A stretch of 64,000 nt of DNA from the human T2T-CHM13v2.0 reference genome, Homo sapiens. Made by a program: the position numbers and the translations under genes. The stretch lies in the NCBI RefSeq assembly GCF_009914755.1, contig NC_060943.1, one strand, 5' to 3'. Every line of letters starts with the position of its first letter. Within the stretch, counting starts at the first letter, position 1. The notes under the pieces were generated by a model. The model saw only the letters and a list, made by a program, of their open reading frames with translations. It was not told the origin of the DNA and made no database searches. Positions 1 through 15,735 of this stretch are shown one piece after another.

Positions 1-492
1 GTGTGCTGTTCCTCTCTGTGGGTCCATATGTTCTTATCATTTAGCTCCCACTTGTAAGTGAGAACATGCAGTATTTGATTTTCTGTTCCTGCATTAGTTT
101 GCCAAGGATAATGGCCTCTAGCTCCATCATGTTTCTGCAGAGGACATGATCTCATTCTTTTTTATGGCTACATAGTATTCCATGCTGTATAAGGACCACA
201 TTTTCTTTATCCAGTCTACCATTGATGGACATTAAGGTTGATCCGAAGTCTCTGCTATTTTGAACAGTGCTGCAGTGAACATATGTGTGCATGTGTCTTT
301 ATAATAGAATGATTTTTATTCTTTTGGATATATACCTAGTAATGGGATTGCTGGGTCAAATGATATTTCTGTCTTTAGGACTTTGAGGAATTGCCACACT
401 GTCTTCCACAATGGTTACACTAATTTACACTCCCAGCAGCAGTGTATAAGCATTCCTTTTTCTTCACAAACTGGCCATCATCTGTTATTTTC
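1..492 (-). mobile_element. LINE-1 3' region (older L1PA/L1PB type), cut by window edge
   Basis: Antisense L1 3' sequence, e.g. ttagctcccacttgtaagtgagaacatgcagtatt and aatgggattgctgggtcaaatg. Confidence 0.93.
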
Positions 493-1193
493 AAACATGT
501 GAAATACATACAGAAATGATCATGCATTTAGCCCCAAAGGAAATGTTTATAAATTCTTCAAATCAGAAATCATGAAGACAGATCATGTTAAAAATCCAGA
601 CTTCTAAAACAATCCTTGAGTTAAAAGAGATCAAAATAAAATAAATTCACAACAAAAATGAGAGTCACCCAAATATTTTAAAAAATAAAGCTAATGGTAA
701 CAATAAAAAACTTAAGTAAATATACTGGAAAAGAGAAATGGGTGCAATTAAATTAACATGCAACTCAAGAAGACAGAAAAGGAACAATATTATAAACCCA
801 AAGAAAGTAGGACATGGTTAATGATAATAACAAATCTGAAATTAATGCAGTAAAACAATAGCTTTAATACCTGATTCTTTGAAAAGACAAAAATATCAGA
901 TCTATATGGTCAAGAAGAAATAGTATATACATAAGATAAATGATATTCAAAATGAGGAGGATAATATAACTTCAGATAATGAGGAGATTATAAAATTAAG
1001 TGGGCATTATTACATTCTAAAATATAGTCACAATCAAAGTATTTCTAATAAATACAAATTACCAAGATTGAATCAAATGGATGACCAGAAAAGCCCAAAA
1101 TTTCTGAAAGAAATTTGTAAAAATAGTGAAAATAATTTCTTAAAAATTGCATCAGACCTAGAGTATTTGCAGATAAACTGTACCAAACCTTAA

Positions 1194-1222
1194 AAACAAA
1201 CAAACAAACAAACAAACAAACA
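1194..1222 (+). repeat. (CAAA)n microsatellite
   Basis: Direct reading. Confidence 0.95.
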
Positions 1223-1489
1223 GAAAATCCTATATTCCAGGGCCTGGAAAACCATGGAAACCTTCCCAACTTATTTTACAATGGTGATATTTCCCTTCCC
1301 TATTTCTCTTCTACAAGAGTAGAATAAATTTTTAAATTATATGTATGAGCATAGATACAGAAACTCAAAATAAAACATATTCATTTTGCTTTTTACTTAG
1401 TTGAGTTTATTTTAAGAATAAAAGGATAGTTAACCTGATGAAATATACTAGTATCAGTAACAAAATTCACAATTTAAAATAGAAATCCT

Positions 1490-1788
1490 GGTCAGGAGAG
1501 GTGGCTCACACCTCTAATCCCAGCATTTTGGGAGACCAAGGTGGGTGGATCACCTGAGGTCAGGAGTTCACGACAAGACTGGCCAACATGGTGAAACCCC
1601 GTCTCTACTAAAAATACAAAAATTTGCCAGGTGAAGTGGTGCATGCCTGTAATCCCAGCTACTCGGGAGGCTGAGCAGGAGAATCTCTTGAATCCAGGAG
1701 GCAGAGGTTTCAGCAAGCCAAGATCGCACCACCACACTCCATCCTGGGAAGAGAGCAAGGCTTTGTTTCAAATAAAAAAGAAAAGAAA
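1490..1788 (+). mobile_element. AluS (Sx-like)
   Basis: Dimeric Alu; TSD agaaatcct at 1481-1489 and 1789-1797. Confidence 0.95.
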
Positions 1789-2399
1789 AGAAATCCTATG
1801 TAAAGATGCACTAAATAAAATTAATCTCTCATTTGTGAAAGTCACAGTAAGCTAAGAAAAGAAGAAAACTTAACCCAATAAAAAGTTTGAGAAATCCAAA
1901 TTCATGCTGCAAAATTTAAAAAAAAAATGTTTTATTTGAAGTCTAGAAACTAAACAAGATGCTTATTGAAATCCCAGCCACTGAATATGGAAATAGAATT
2001 ATATAAGTGGATAAATAAAACTACCACCATTTTTAGCTGATATGTTTTCATAACTATCAAATCTAAGTAAATTCCTTGGAAATATATTTGAAGGCAATTG
2101 GATACAAGATAAACATACAAAAATAGTTTTTCTAAACAACAACAAAAACAACAATTAGAAAATACATTATGAACATATCCCATTTAATAGCAACAAAAAA
2201 CATACAGCATCTAGAAATATAGCTAACAGAAAACATGCAAGACTTGTAACAATAAAACTATAAAAGTTTATAAAGGACTTAAAGGAGACTAGTTAACTGA
2301 ATAGTAGTTAGAGATGAGAAGGCTCAATAAGCAAAGATGTCAGACCTTTCAAAATTAATTTTTCATTCAGTTAGCTGATGCTCTTCTCTCTTGGGCTGG

Positions 2400-2952
<553 letters not shown>

Positions 2953-4349
2953 AAAAAGGAGACAAGTAAGTTAGGAGGACTAATTTCCCCATCAAAATTC
3001 CACACTTAATCTAAGGGTATAAACATTAAAACCATGAGTATTAAGGAAGAAAAAAAAATCAATGGAACAGACTAAAGAGGGAAGAAATAGAATTATGTAA
3101 TTGAAAGTTTAGTTTATAACAAAGGTGGCAAAGAATGAGCCAGTTAACTAATGATGAGGACGACTCATTGTTCATTTGGAAAATTAGACCTCCATTTCAT
3201 AATATGCAAAGTTTCACCTTGCATTAAAAAGTTCATAAAAGTTATCAAAACAATCTTTTGATGTAAAACATATTCTGCAATAAGATATGAATCCCAGAGT
3301 ATCTGAAGGAATAAACTGACATATTTGACTACATTAAAACAAACAAAAATCTGAACGAAAACCAAATGATGGATTGGGAGAAATATGTATAACATAAATA
3401 ATAAAACATTAATTACTATTCATAATTTCTAAAACACTCCTAAAACTCAGTAAGAAAATTAAATAATTCCATGGAAAGATAGACAACGAAAATGATTAGG
3501 CCATTCAGGGAACAGAAAATACAAATAGCCAACACCTACATTTTAAACATTGAATCTTTCAGAATATCAGAGAAATCCAAATTTAAACAAGATTGCCCCT
3601 TTGTATACATTAGAACAGTAAAATTTTAAAAGTCTGGTAAGTCCTGAGCAGGCTGGAATACAAGAGAATATACCATGTTATCTACCACTCAGGAAATGTC
3701 AATTAGCCCTTTTAGCAGAAAGAGCCTGCATTTAAAATGTACACAGCTTTCAAGAAAGCAGTTTTAATTTTAGAAGTCTAGTCTACAGAAACACTTTCAG
3801 GATTGTTCAAAGATTTATACACAAGACTGCACACCAAAGCCTTATTTGTAATAATGAAAAATATTACGAGCACCTTAAATATTTCATAAGTTATGGTATG
3901 TCCATGCTATGGAATACTAAGCAGCTGTTAAAGAGAATAACGGGTATTGTTTTGAAAGATCTTTGAAATACATTAAGTAAAAAAAATTCAGGGTATATGA
4001 TAATATGTATAATAATGTATTCTCATTTATGTGGAAATCCAATTATATAGTTATATACACATATTTATAGAAATGAGTAGAAAAAATGACTGCAAAGGTG
4101 CGCATCTGATTGTTTTACAGTGCTTACATCTGAAAGAGGGGCATGGAGGTAGGGTTAAAAATATATTTGGGGGTTTTCACATTTATTCTGTGTATTTCAG
4201 TGATGTTTAAATTTTTTACCATTTTATGATGATGTATTACTGAGGTTAAATTTTTTAAAAAAGATATGCAATGTTATTACTAAATATTAGTTATTCCTAT
4301 CTTTATTAAATCAATGCTGAACAAATATTTCAACACATCAGTTTGAAGC

Positions 4350-4890
4350 GGCCCATGATCAGTGACTTGTGGAGGGCACCTGCAGGTCTCCATCTGCTCA
4401 CACTGGGGTGCCTCCAGGTGGGATAGGCTAAAGGTATGTGGCCAGGCCAATGGGCCGGAGCCCTGTGGAGACATATAAGACCCTGATAGGCACGTAGTAA
4501 CACAAGCTCGCAGGACATACATAGCACCCCATGTAGGGGAATACAGGCAAGCACCATAGTGAAAAACAGCTTTTTGCTGGCTCAGGACAAGCGAAGCTTC
4601 CAGGGGTCTCATGTGAAGGAAGTGCCCCGGCTCACCACCAAGCCCCTTGGGGTGGCTGTGCCCGACCTCCCTGTAAACACAGTATGGGTGAGACCTTCAG
4701 TGCTCCTGACAGCATGACCCCAGGGGCTAGCTGGGAGCTGCATGGCAGGAGTAGAGGGACCAAAGACAGCACTCAGACCAGCATCCTGGACGAACCTCCT
4801 GCTTCATGTGGATCCAGAGCCTTGAACCCTGTACCATCCACAGGGCCTCCAGCATGCAGGCTGACAATGGCTGGGTGCCTGTGGGCATTT
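4350..4890 (+). mobile_element. Gypsy/Ty3 pol relic A: integrase core C-half and C-terminal domain
   Basis: In order: SAHTGVP (4393), W/QANG (4439), VETYKTL (4465), STP/TGKHHSEKQLFAG...KLP (4523-4602), LPVNTVWVR (4667), TGPPACRLTMAGCLW (4840). Confidence 0.65.
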
Positions 4891-5412
4891 TGGGAAGCCC
4901 TGTGTCATTAAAGGAGCTGGGAGACAACTGCTCTACAGAGCATTGAGAAGCATATTTCATTTTCCAAATGCTTTAAACATCACCCCTCCGTTTTGCAGGC
5001 ACGCCGAACCACCGTGTCCCTGTGTGGGTCCTTGAGTGCTGGATAGTGTCAGGGACCTCGGATGTCTTGCCCTCTCATTTTCTTTGGCAACTTGGCAACC
5101 CAAACAGTCACATCTACTGATGAGCTCATCCAATAGAATGAATAAACCCTTATTTCTGACCTTAGCACATATCTGAATCGTCCTCCAATTTTACCCTCCC
5201 CATAATGGGCCTTTCTATTTGTTTTCTCAGTGTGAAAAGAGATATAACTTGCTACAAAGAAGCTTCCTGCAAAAGCTCACTAGTAAGGCATGTATGCATC
5301 TCTAGAGTCTCCAGATGGTCCTGGATGTGTGAATTCTGCCCATTGCTGGCCGTGAACATTCAAGGGTACGGCATGATGTCACGGCTGAGTCACAGGCCGA
5401 GGAGTTCTTGAG

Positions 5413-5600
5413 ACCAGAGCTGCATTCCACCCTGCCACTTGCAGACTCTGTAGCTTATGCAAATTACTTAGCGTTTCTGAAAATGGGGATACTAATTTCG
5501 ACTCTGCGTGGTTGGTGTTCAGATGACAGACAATGTGCAGGAGGTGCCAGCATTACCTGGCCCTTTAAGACCCTATAGATTACGTCTATTATACTGTTAT
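5413..5600 (+). mobile_element. MIR
   Basis: Degenerate MIR core ctgccacttg...ctgaaaatggggatactaa. Confidence 0.6.
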
Positions 5601-5795
5601 CCCCAGGACTGCCACTTGCACCACTGGGCCTCTTTCCATAGGGCAGGTCAAGGCCCTGGTGAGGAAGACCAGAGCAATCTAAGAAAGCATGAATTTTTCC
5701 TCTGAGAGACATAGAAATGAACTTCTAAAAGTGGAAAAAATGTTTCGGTCCACGGCACTATCCCAGGCTCTTTGGAACTCCAACAGACCAGCTCA

Positions 5796-6128
<333 letters not shown>

Positions 6129-6200
6129 TCATTCATTAGAACTGTTTTCTCATATTAGTATTATTCATGTAATGTTCTTTTGAAAATAAACATTTTTTTA

Positions 6201-6455
6201 GGCCGGGCGAGGTGGCTCATGCCTGTAATCCCAACACTTTGGGAGGCTGAGGCAGGGGGATTACCTGAGGTCAGGTGTTGGAGACCAGTCTGGCCAATAT
6301 GGTGAAACTCTGTCTCTACTAAAAATCCAAAAAATTGGCTGGGTGTGGTGGTGGGTGCCTGTAATCCCAGCTTCTCGGGAGGCTAAGGTAGGAGAATCAC
6401 TTGAACCTGGGAGGCAGAGGTTGCAGTGAGCCAAGATCATGCCCCATTGCACTCC
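6201..6455 (+). mobile_element. AluS, 3'-truncated
   Basis: Starts ggccgggcg and stops at ccattgcactcc with no tail. Confidence 0.92.
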
Positions 6456-6597
6456 TAAAATGTGTTTTCTTTTGGGAGAGGAGGAGAGAGTATAATGTTG
6501 CCTTGAGGATAAGGCAAGTCTCTCACTATTGCGTTTCTCTGACCCTATACGGAGAGGCAATGAGGACATGCAGTTCAGTGGTGAGGAGTGTATCTCA

Positions 6598-7535
<938 letters not shown>

Positions 7536-7789
7536 ATCCCTCTTATCTTACCCTCTTCTGCCTTCCCAAGACCCAGTCCAGCCTAGACCCTACTTACCTT
7601 TACAACTAATAGGCACAGAGACTTGACTGGGCCATTCTGTGCTTTACTTCCAAATCCCCAAGAAAAGGAATCTAAATCATCTAACCTGTCCTTTGGGTTG
7701 ATCCTTACTGAGCCAGGGAAGCTGCCTAATCTATCTGTCTAATCAACAGCCACAAGGAGGGAAGGTGCAGTTCTTTTTCTCTGACTAAT

Positions 7790-7878
7790 AAAAGTTCCTT
7801 GAGGGCCGGAACCAGTATTCCCACGTGGCCTAACACCCAGTAGGTACTCTGTAAAATTGATTGATTGGTTGATTGATT
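7790..7878 (+). mobile_element. L2 3' end fragment
   Basis: ttccttgagggc...cagtaggtactc followed by a (TTGA)n-like tail. Confidence 0.55.
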
Positions 7879-8197
7879 ATATACCATACAACAGGCTTGA
7901 AAACTCCTACAGTGTGAGCATAGCTTTCAAATTGTCACTTGTCCCTTCTAATAATGAATGTCAGATGATCCAAGCTGAACAGAGTGTTGGATTCGTTTAT
8001 TTTACTTTCTGTAGACCTTCTGGGTGAAGGGCAGGCTCATAAAACATGTGTATAAGATGGAAAACTTGGGGTACTTGCAGCGATGAAATGTAAAGCGTAA
8101 TTTAACATTACATATAGCATTGAGGCTCTTGGTAGGATGTGATGGGTGCCCAGCTGCTGTGTGTTTTGATGTCGTTGGAATTGCGGGTCCTGTAAGG

Positions 8198-8699
8198 CAG
8201 CAGTCCCCAGCATTTTTGGCACCAGGTACCGGTTTGGTGGAAGATAATTTCTCCACGGACTGGGTAGGGGGTGGATGGCTTCAGGATGATTCAAGTGCAT
8301 TACATTTATTATGCACTTTATTTCTATTATTATTACATTATAATATATAATGAAATAATTATATAACTCACCATTATGTAGAATCAGTGGGATCCCTGAG
8401 CTTCTCTGCCTGCAACTAGATGGTCCCATCTCGGGGTGATGGGAGACAGTGACAGATCATCAGGCATTAGATTCTCATAAGGAGCGCACAACCTAGATCC
8501 CTCACATGTGCAGTTCACAATAGGCTTCGTGCTCCTATGAGAATCCAATGCAGCGGCTGATCTGACAGGAGGCAGGGCTCAGGCGGTGATGCGGGCGATG
8601 GGGAAAGCCTGTAAATACAGAAACTTCACTCGCTTGCTTGCCTGCCGCTCATCTCCTGTGTGCGGCACTCGTCTGTACCCAGGGGGTTGTGGACCCCTG
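8198..8699 (-). mobile_element. MER1A (hAT-Charlie DNA transposon)
   Basis: Terminal cagcagtcccc / ggacccctg; internal gcattagattctcataaggagcgcacaacctagatcc. Confidence 0.9.
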
Positions 8700-9395
8700 C
8701 TTCAACGCACTATTTTCTCTCCCAGACAAGATATTGAGAGAAGGGGAAGAATTGAATGGTCTTTCTTAATCATCAAAAGGGACCACACATTCCCAACCTG
8801 ATTCTGTTCTCTTCATGGTCTCTCTGAGCTTTGTAGAGAAGGAAGGAAAAGGTACGAGAAGAGAAATAAGGAAAGGCAGGGGAGGAAGAGGGGGCCTCAG
8901 AAGCATCTTCAAAGGGCTGGATTTACACCCCACCGCCTGTCTTGGTGCCCGGGGGCTGGGTGCATTCAGGCTCCCAGATGAGCCACAGCCCTTGGCCTCT
9001 TGGGTCCACACCTTCATGTTAGCCAACCCTGATGTCTCCATCACCCCTAGATAAATGGAATCGGGCATGGAGGCATCTAATGGCTAGGCAGATTAATCAT
9101 ATGCTTGCTTGCTTTTTGGAAACCCCAGAGGAAATATCTGCAGATTTAATTCTCAGTTAAAGGTGGAAGTGTGGGTTTGAATCTTCTATCAGGCATTGCC
9201 CCTTCCTACTCAGCATATCTTTGGAAAGGTCAACTCTGGGAAAGATTGGAGTGTCGGCATCTTCTACCTGGTGCTGTATAAAGACTTCTGACCTTTCAAT
9301 GGTCCTAATTCCCCCTCTTCCTTCTCTCTGAATATTCCCCTCCTCCACCTTTTTTAGCACGATTATTTATTAAAGTTGCAAAGGTCTTGCATTCC

Positions 9396-9427
<32 letters not shown>

Positions 9428-9443
9428 CACAAATATATATATA
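9396..9443 (+). repeat. (CA)n/(TA)n microsatellite
   Basis: Direct reading. Confidence 0.95.
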
Positions 9444-9484
9444 TGCCACATTTTCAAATAATGAGTTACCGTAAATGGCACATA

Positions 9485-9822
9485 TGAGTACTCCTCAAAA
9501 TTGTCAAGGTTATCATAAACAAAGAAAGTCTGAGAAATGGTTGCAGCTGAGAGTCTAAGAAGACATGACAACTAAATGTAAGTGCTATCCTCGATGGGAT
9601 CCTGGACTAGAAAAAGGACATGAGATAAAAATGAAGAAAATCTGGATAAAAGATGGACTTTAGTTAATGACAATGTGTTAATATTTGTTCATTCCTTGTA
9701 ACAAATGTACTCTACTAATGTAAGATGTTAATGATAGGGGAAATGGGGCATGGGACTCTATACTGTCTTCTCGATTTTTCTATAAATCTAAAACTGTCCT
9801 GAAAATAAAGTCTATTTTAAAA
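9485..9822 (+). mobile_element. L1MC/MD 3' end
   Basis: agacatgacaactaaatgtaa...gggatcctgga...tctaaaactgtcctgaaaataaagt. Confidence 0.8.
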
Positions 9823-10305
9823 ATGGAAAACAAAACAAAACAAAGTGGTACATGCTACAACCTCATTTCAGCTGGACAATCACAAAGTATCACCTTGGAC
9901 ATGCAGCTGAAACGGCCAGGGTGGAGGTGGGGACCCAGTGAGCTAGTCCTCGGTAACAAGGAGGTAACCAAGCAATGAGCTCATTACGCACAAGCATTTC
10001 AGGGCTTGCTTTAAAAGCCAGAAATTAACCATTGAAGATGACTCCATATGGTCGGTTTCCTTAACCTGTTAACTTCCAGAGTGAAAACATGGCAAAAATG
10101 ATTCCTGAAAGCAAGGAAGTCTAGGATGAGCTGGAAAAGAGGGGGCAGTTTCCACCAGAGGGCTACTTTCTTTTCTGAGACATGAGAGATGCTGCAGTAG
10201 ATGCTAGAGATTTTCCAGCCAGTGTCAGGTAGGTAGCTCGGATGAGTTCAGGTGGCCCGAGGCATCTGACCTATCCAGTCTAATTTTATGCATTAAGGAT
10301 ATTGA

Positions 10306-10641
<336 letters not shown>

Positions 10642-13600
10642 TATTTATTGTTTTTGAATGTTGCATTTCAATACCTCACTGACCACAAGAAATCTACAGC
10701 TTTTTCTCTCTGGATTCCTTCAACCTCTCCCAAATTGAGCGCCTGTCCTGGCCCAATCGGGCAGGACTGAGGTGCCTGGTGGTCACCTCCTTAGAAGTCT
10801 GCTTCTAACTCCCCTCTGTGTGTGTGTGTGCGCATGTTTTCCTTTCTCATTGACATTCCAGCCCTTGAAACAAGGTCTTGGCTCCTTTCTTATTGCAGGA
10901 TTTCGTTTTGGGGGAGCTGGAACACCTGTCCACTGATCGCCTGCCACTCCGCATCTGGGCCTGGCTGACAGGCTTGTCTGCTTTGACTAATGATGTGACT
11001 GATGGACAAAATAAGGAAGAACATACAAAAAAACATTTCTGTCTGGTCTGGTGTGTCAGCAAGCCTTCATCAAGTGGCTGCTGAAGGTATATTTTGCTGC
11101 ATGGCTCATTACACAGTAATGGCATTCCCAGGCAAAGCTGTTTCTTTTCATGACACAAGACAGCAGGCAGCTTTATGGGCGTTGGGCCCACCGAGCCCGG
11201 AGGAAGGAGAGGCGCACTAAAGAGCGGTCATTTCCAAAAGTGCCTCAAGTTGCTTTTTTGTTGTCATGAATTTAATATGAATCAACACAATATGAAATGG
11301 GCATGAGGGATCTTAGTGACTAGTGATTTTTTAAGACTGCTGTCTAAACAGCCATCAAGGAAGAAAGGGGAGGGTGAAACCACAACATTTTCTTTCTCCA
11401 AACCTGTTGCAAAAAGGAGTCATCTGTCAATTTTATTGCATTAAAAAAGTACACAGAAGCATATAGTCCAAACAAATGTCTTCTTTCAGGCTAAACATGT
11501 GGGAAATGCCACATAGCTGATGCCAGAATCATCTCACTCAGCAAACTGAGTATTCATAACCCCCATTCCAATGGCCTGCTGCGGATGGGGGTGACATTCG
11601 TAAGAATTACAAATGCTACTCTGTTGCCTCTTTGTGCATATAATAATGATCTGAACATCAGTTCTGGCTGGAACAGGAGAGAAGCAAAGAACTGCTTCAT
11701 TCAGCTAACAAGATACCTGTGGGTTATAACCCAGTGCTGGAGGATGAAAAGGAATCACGATTAAAAACAAGAAATAGAGTAGGTAAATTCTTGGCCTGAT
11801 TTTTTTTCTCCTCTTTCTTTATTAGGGTACAGTTGAGAGCAGGAACGTTCGGTTTGGTCCCAGAGTTCCTACTTCATTTTTGCAAAGTATTTTAGCTGTC
11901 CTCGATATTATTTCTTCTTTCTTTTTTTTTGTGGCAAATTTTCTTTGCCAAGGTATTTTATTACACATACTCCTCTCTTTTCTTTAACTTGCTGGACTGT
12001 CTCCAAAGAGAAATGCTTAAAATGAAGTTTCATTTTACAAACACTTTTTATTCTTTCTTGCTAGCCTGATGAGTCTTTAGTGGTGGGTTATTGTGAATAA
12101 TATGTGATTTTAATGAGTTGTGATTAGACGAAACTCTCTTCCTATAATAAATACTAGATAATAAATTAGAAAATATATATGAGATCTTTATTCCTATTTT
12201 AAAAGGGTGAAAGACATAAATGCAAAAGCTTGTTATGATAAATATAAAAGATAATCTTTTAACGTGCATTTAATTGACTGTGCTTCTAAGAGGCGGTGGT
12301 TTGACTTCTGTGCTGATGTTAACATTGCACAGCTCCAACCAATGCAAACTGGCACTGGGATGACAGCCACCTTTCCACCAGGGCCATTAGTCGCCAGGCC
12401 TTCAGGGGGCAGGGATTTTCATGTAGGGCAGAGGCATACAAATTTAGAAATGAACATGTGATCAAATCCAAACAGTCAGATGACTTCCTATATATACAAT
12501 AATGAGTATAAAAAGGAAAAGAAGGAGGGAGGTGTATTTTGTGTTTTTTTCATTGAACCAAGGCAGAAGTAGTTGTCCAACAGCTTTTGTTAATTTCCAA
12601 GATCCATCCATATTGTTCATTACATTTCCATATCAAAATAACAAGCTGTAGAGCAAAAGTCTCATGGCATTCTGTTGACTTAAAAGTTAAAGCAGAGGGA
12701 AGTGCCCATCAATGCAGTAAGAGAGCAGGTTTAGCCAGAATGAGCACAGGCCAGCCAATGCCAGGAACTTAGCCATTTAGAATTGGGAGGCAGGTGGGTG
12801 GTGCCATGGCAGCGACCATTTAATTAGGTACACTTTTCTAGGCTAACCTTGGAGCGGAGGCCTGGTGTCGGGTGGGGGGTGCTGTGTACCCCCACTTCCT
12901 GCACTTCAGGTCTGAGAACCATTAGCAAGTCCTGTTTTTTCTCCAAACCCCCACCTTTTGCTGCCTTTGTGGCCTGGCAGAATGTTTTGCTGCCACTTTC
13001 TTGAGTGACAACTTCAAAGCTAAGCAGTGAGATGCTTTAACCTACACATCCCCTCCCACTGCTTGGACCCAAAGGCTTCCTCTGCAAGTGAGGGCCTCAA
13101 AGGAGACCTGGAACCTTTATTCTTGTCCTGACTTTCTGTTTTAGAATCAGGACCTTTTCAAAACCCCAGGAGCAGACAGAGGGGGTGTGGCATGGACTCT
13201 ATGTGAGGGTCTCTCGCATGCCAAGGCTGCAATCTATCCATTCTCCAGCGAGGTTGTTTGTTTCGGAGCTAGTAGCTGCAGGAACTATTGGGGAGCAACA
13301 TCATTTAGCAGCAAAGATATTCTTTCTCAGCAAATTGCTTGAAGCCAAGGGGAAGAAGCTTCCAGGTTGGTGATGCTAAGCGCAAGAGTGGAAGGGGAAG
13401 GAAGCCCTAACCTGGGGTTATTTTCTTTAATCTTATAGGAGCCAGCCACCCGTACACAGGCTGCTCTATATATTACAGCATACATTTTTTCTGTTCCTAA
13501 TCAGGTTTGTGTATCTTCCTGGATTGATTTTCTTTCACAAAACTCTTAATATTTTTCCAGATGCCTCCTCTCCTACCTTTTGTCCTTCCCAACTGCCATT

Positions 13601-13913
13601 CACTAAAGAAAGACTCTTTGGAAAATGTTGGCCTGGAAGCATGTCTGTTCCTATTCTAGTTTCTGGATCCTGTCAACAATTTTTACTTGTATGATTGTCT
13701 CATTATTTTTATTATTTTAATTGAAGTGGTGGCATTATGCAATTTGGTGAAGAACTCTCCAAATCCACTTGGTTCTGGTCTCCATAATTCAAAACAAGTT
13801 ATTTGATGGGTGTGTGACTTTTAAGATTAACGTTAAGATTGTTTGTTTAATTTGTGGGATTGATTTGGTAGATGTTTTCGTGTTGAAAGAAGGCTGATTG
13901 GTTTTGGTTGGGA

Positions 13914-15180
13914 AATGGAATTCTATTGCGTTCCCAGAGAGTCTGCCATCCAGAGCTGGGCAGCTTCCTGGAAACTGTCTGCCCCAAGCAAAAGAAAGTG
14001 CTGTGTTGGCTGCCTGTTGTCTGAAGTGCAGAGTCCGGGGGACTCTGGGAGCTGCTACCAGATACTTGCCCCCACAGTGCCTTTGAAACACTCTGCAAGG
14101 CAAGATGACCCTGGGGGAGGAGCGGTCCCCACCTGAACCCACAGGTTGGAGGCTTCTTCAGGGAGAGGTTGACATGCACCTTTTTAATGCATACACATTA
14201 AAACACAGGTTGAGTGATGTGTGGATGCAGGGAAGGCCTTCCTAGGGAATGACTTCAGATGGCTTAATATGATTCTCTTAGCCTGGCTGCTACTTCAGTT
14301 GCTGGCTCCTAATGGGGTCCCCCTTCTTCACACAGGCGCAACTGACATTATCTCTAACCTCCGCCCCAACGATTCCCTGTTTATCCCAAATTGTGGAAAG
14401 CCTTAGAACTTAATCGGCACCCACATTTGCACATCCCAGAAGAGTGGGAGCCTTAATGTCCTATGGGGCAAGACTTTGAACACTTATTTCAAGTTATTTC
14501 TTCCACGTCTGTGGTCCTCCCCGCTCCCTGCTGATGGATGATCTTGAGAAACGCCGTTAAGTGGTTTCTCAGATGACAGTCTTGCGAGATTAAGCGATCG
14601 GTTGTGCTCCAAGTTGACCAGCTGGAAAATGCCCTCTCATGTTGACTTCACCTCCTTCCTCACCTCAATTCCCTTTGCTCTCGCTTCTGCTTCCTAGGTT
14701 CGTACCCCCTGGCACTTTGGCAGCACGTGAGCTATGTGGGTGCTCTGGGGATGACCAAAGACTGGATGCCAAATGGTATCAGAATGACTGGGCTTGGCAG
14801 TTCCTCATCAGTTATTCTGCTGGAGCTTTCAGAGACTATTAGAGGCTGAATGACTCCATGCCCAGCAGGTACTTTCAGAAGGACTTGAGGATATAAGGGA
14901 ATGGGTCAGGGAAGTGTGGTACAAAAAAAAAAAAATACTTGTTTGTTTGTAGCTGTGCCAAGATATTTCAGACCCAAAGCCTGCCTGGATCAAACACGTG
15001 ACTTTGTCTCCATGGTATGTCAGATGGCAGGTGGGCCAAGCCTGAAGAGGCCAAGACCTCCTCCTGCTCCAGCTGAACACATCTGCTCTCCACCTTGGAA
15101 GCCCCATTCTCATGGCTGCAGTCTTTGAACTCTGATGAGGTGTGCGAAACACCCCATCGACACATCATATCAGATATCTT
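13914..15180 (+). mobile_element. Gypsy pol relic E: near-complete integrase
   Basis: NGILLRSQRVC (13914-13946), AKES-V/WLP (13988), VDA...FRWLN (14221), IISNLR...LF...CGKP*NLIGTH (14347-14424), PADG*S/EK/AVK (14527), QRLD (~14757), HRHI/QI (15155). Confidence 0.7.
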
Positions 15181-15439
15181 TTGAAATAAAAATCTCCTAG
15201 ATCAGTTTCAACTCATTCCAAATGTCATATGTATCCTCCAGGGTGGAAATCAATCTTCCCTCCACCCTCAAATGTTTGAAATGCAATGTGGATTTTGGGT
15301 GAAAAGCTGGCAAATGTTGAGTTGGGGATTTGAGTCAGGGCTTGATTCTGCCAGTGCCATGCCTACCAGGGCACTGGTCTTTCTCCATCCCATTTGGGGT
15401 GTCCCTAACTTCCCCCCTATAAAGCCTGGGCTCCTCTGC

Positions 15440-15735
15440 CAGGCATTGTCCCCGTCTCTCAACCGCCTCTCTAAATTCCCTTTGTCTTTCAAGGGTCAGC
15501 TCAAGCCCTGTCTTCTGCATCACACTAAATCTGATCCTTGCATTCCATCCCAGTTACCCCCCAACACATATGATGTGAGCGGCACAACCTAGCCCTGCCT
15601 TGCCATATTCTTCAACTGGTTCATGTGTGTGAATCCATCTCTCTAGCATGCATCGTTCTTCTGTGTGCCCACATGAGTGTCCCTTTTATTGCTAGGCCCT
15701 GGAAACTTGGTAAATCTTTATGGACTGATTTATAG
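15440..15735 (+). mobile_element. L2 fragment
   Basis: ctaaattccctttgtctttcaagggtcagctcaag; pyrimidine-rich L2 3' region. Confidence 0.5.

Noticed and set aside
5118-5176. Possible C/D snoRNA (TGATGA...CTGA)
   Set aside because: C box lacks the preceding purine, there is no terminal stem, and no guide is recognisable.
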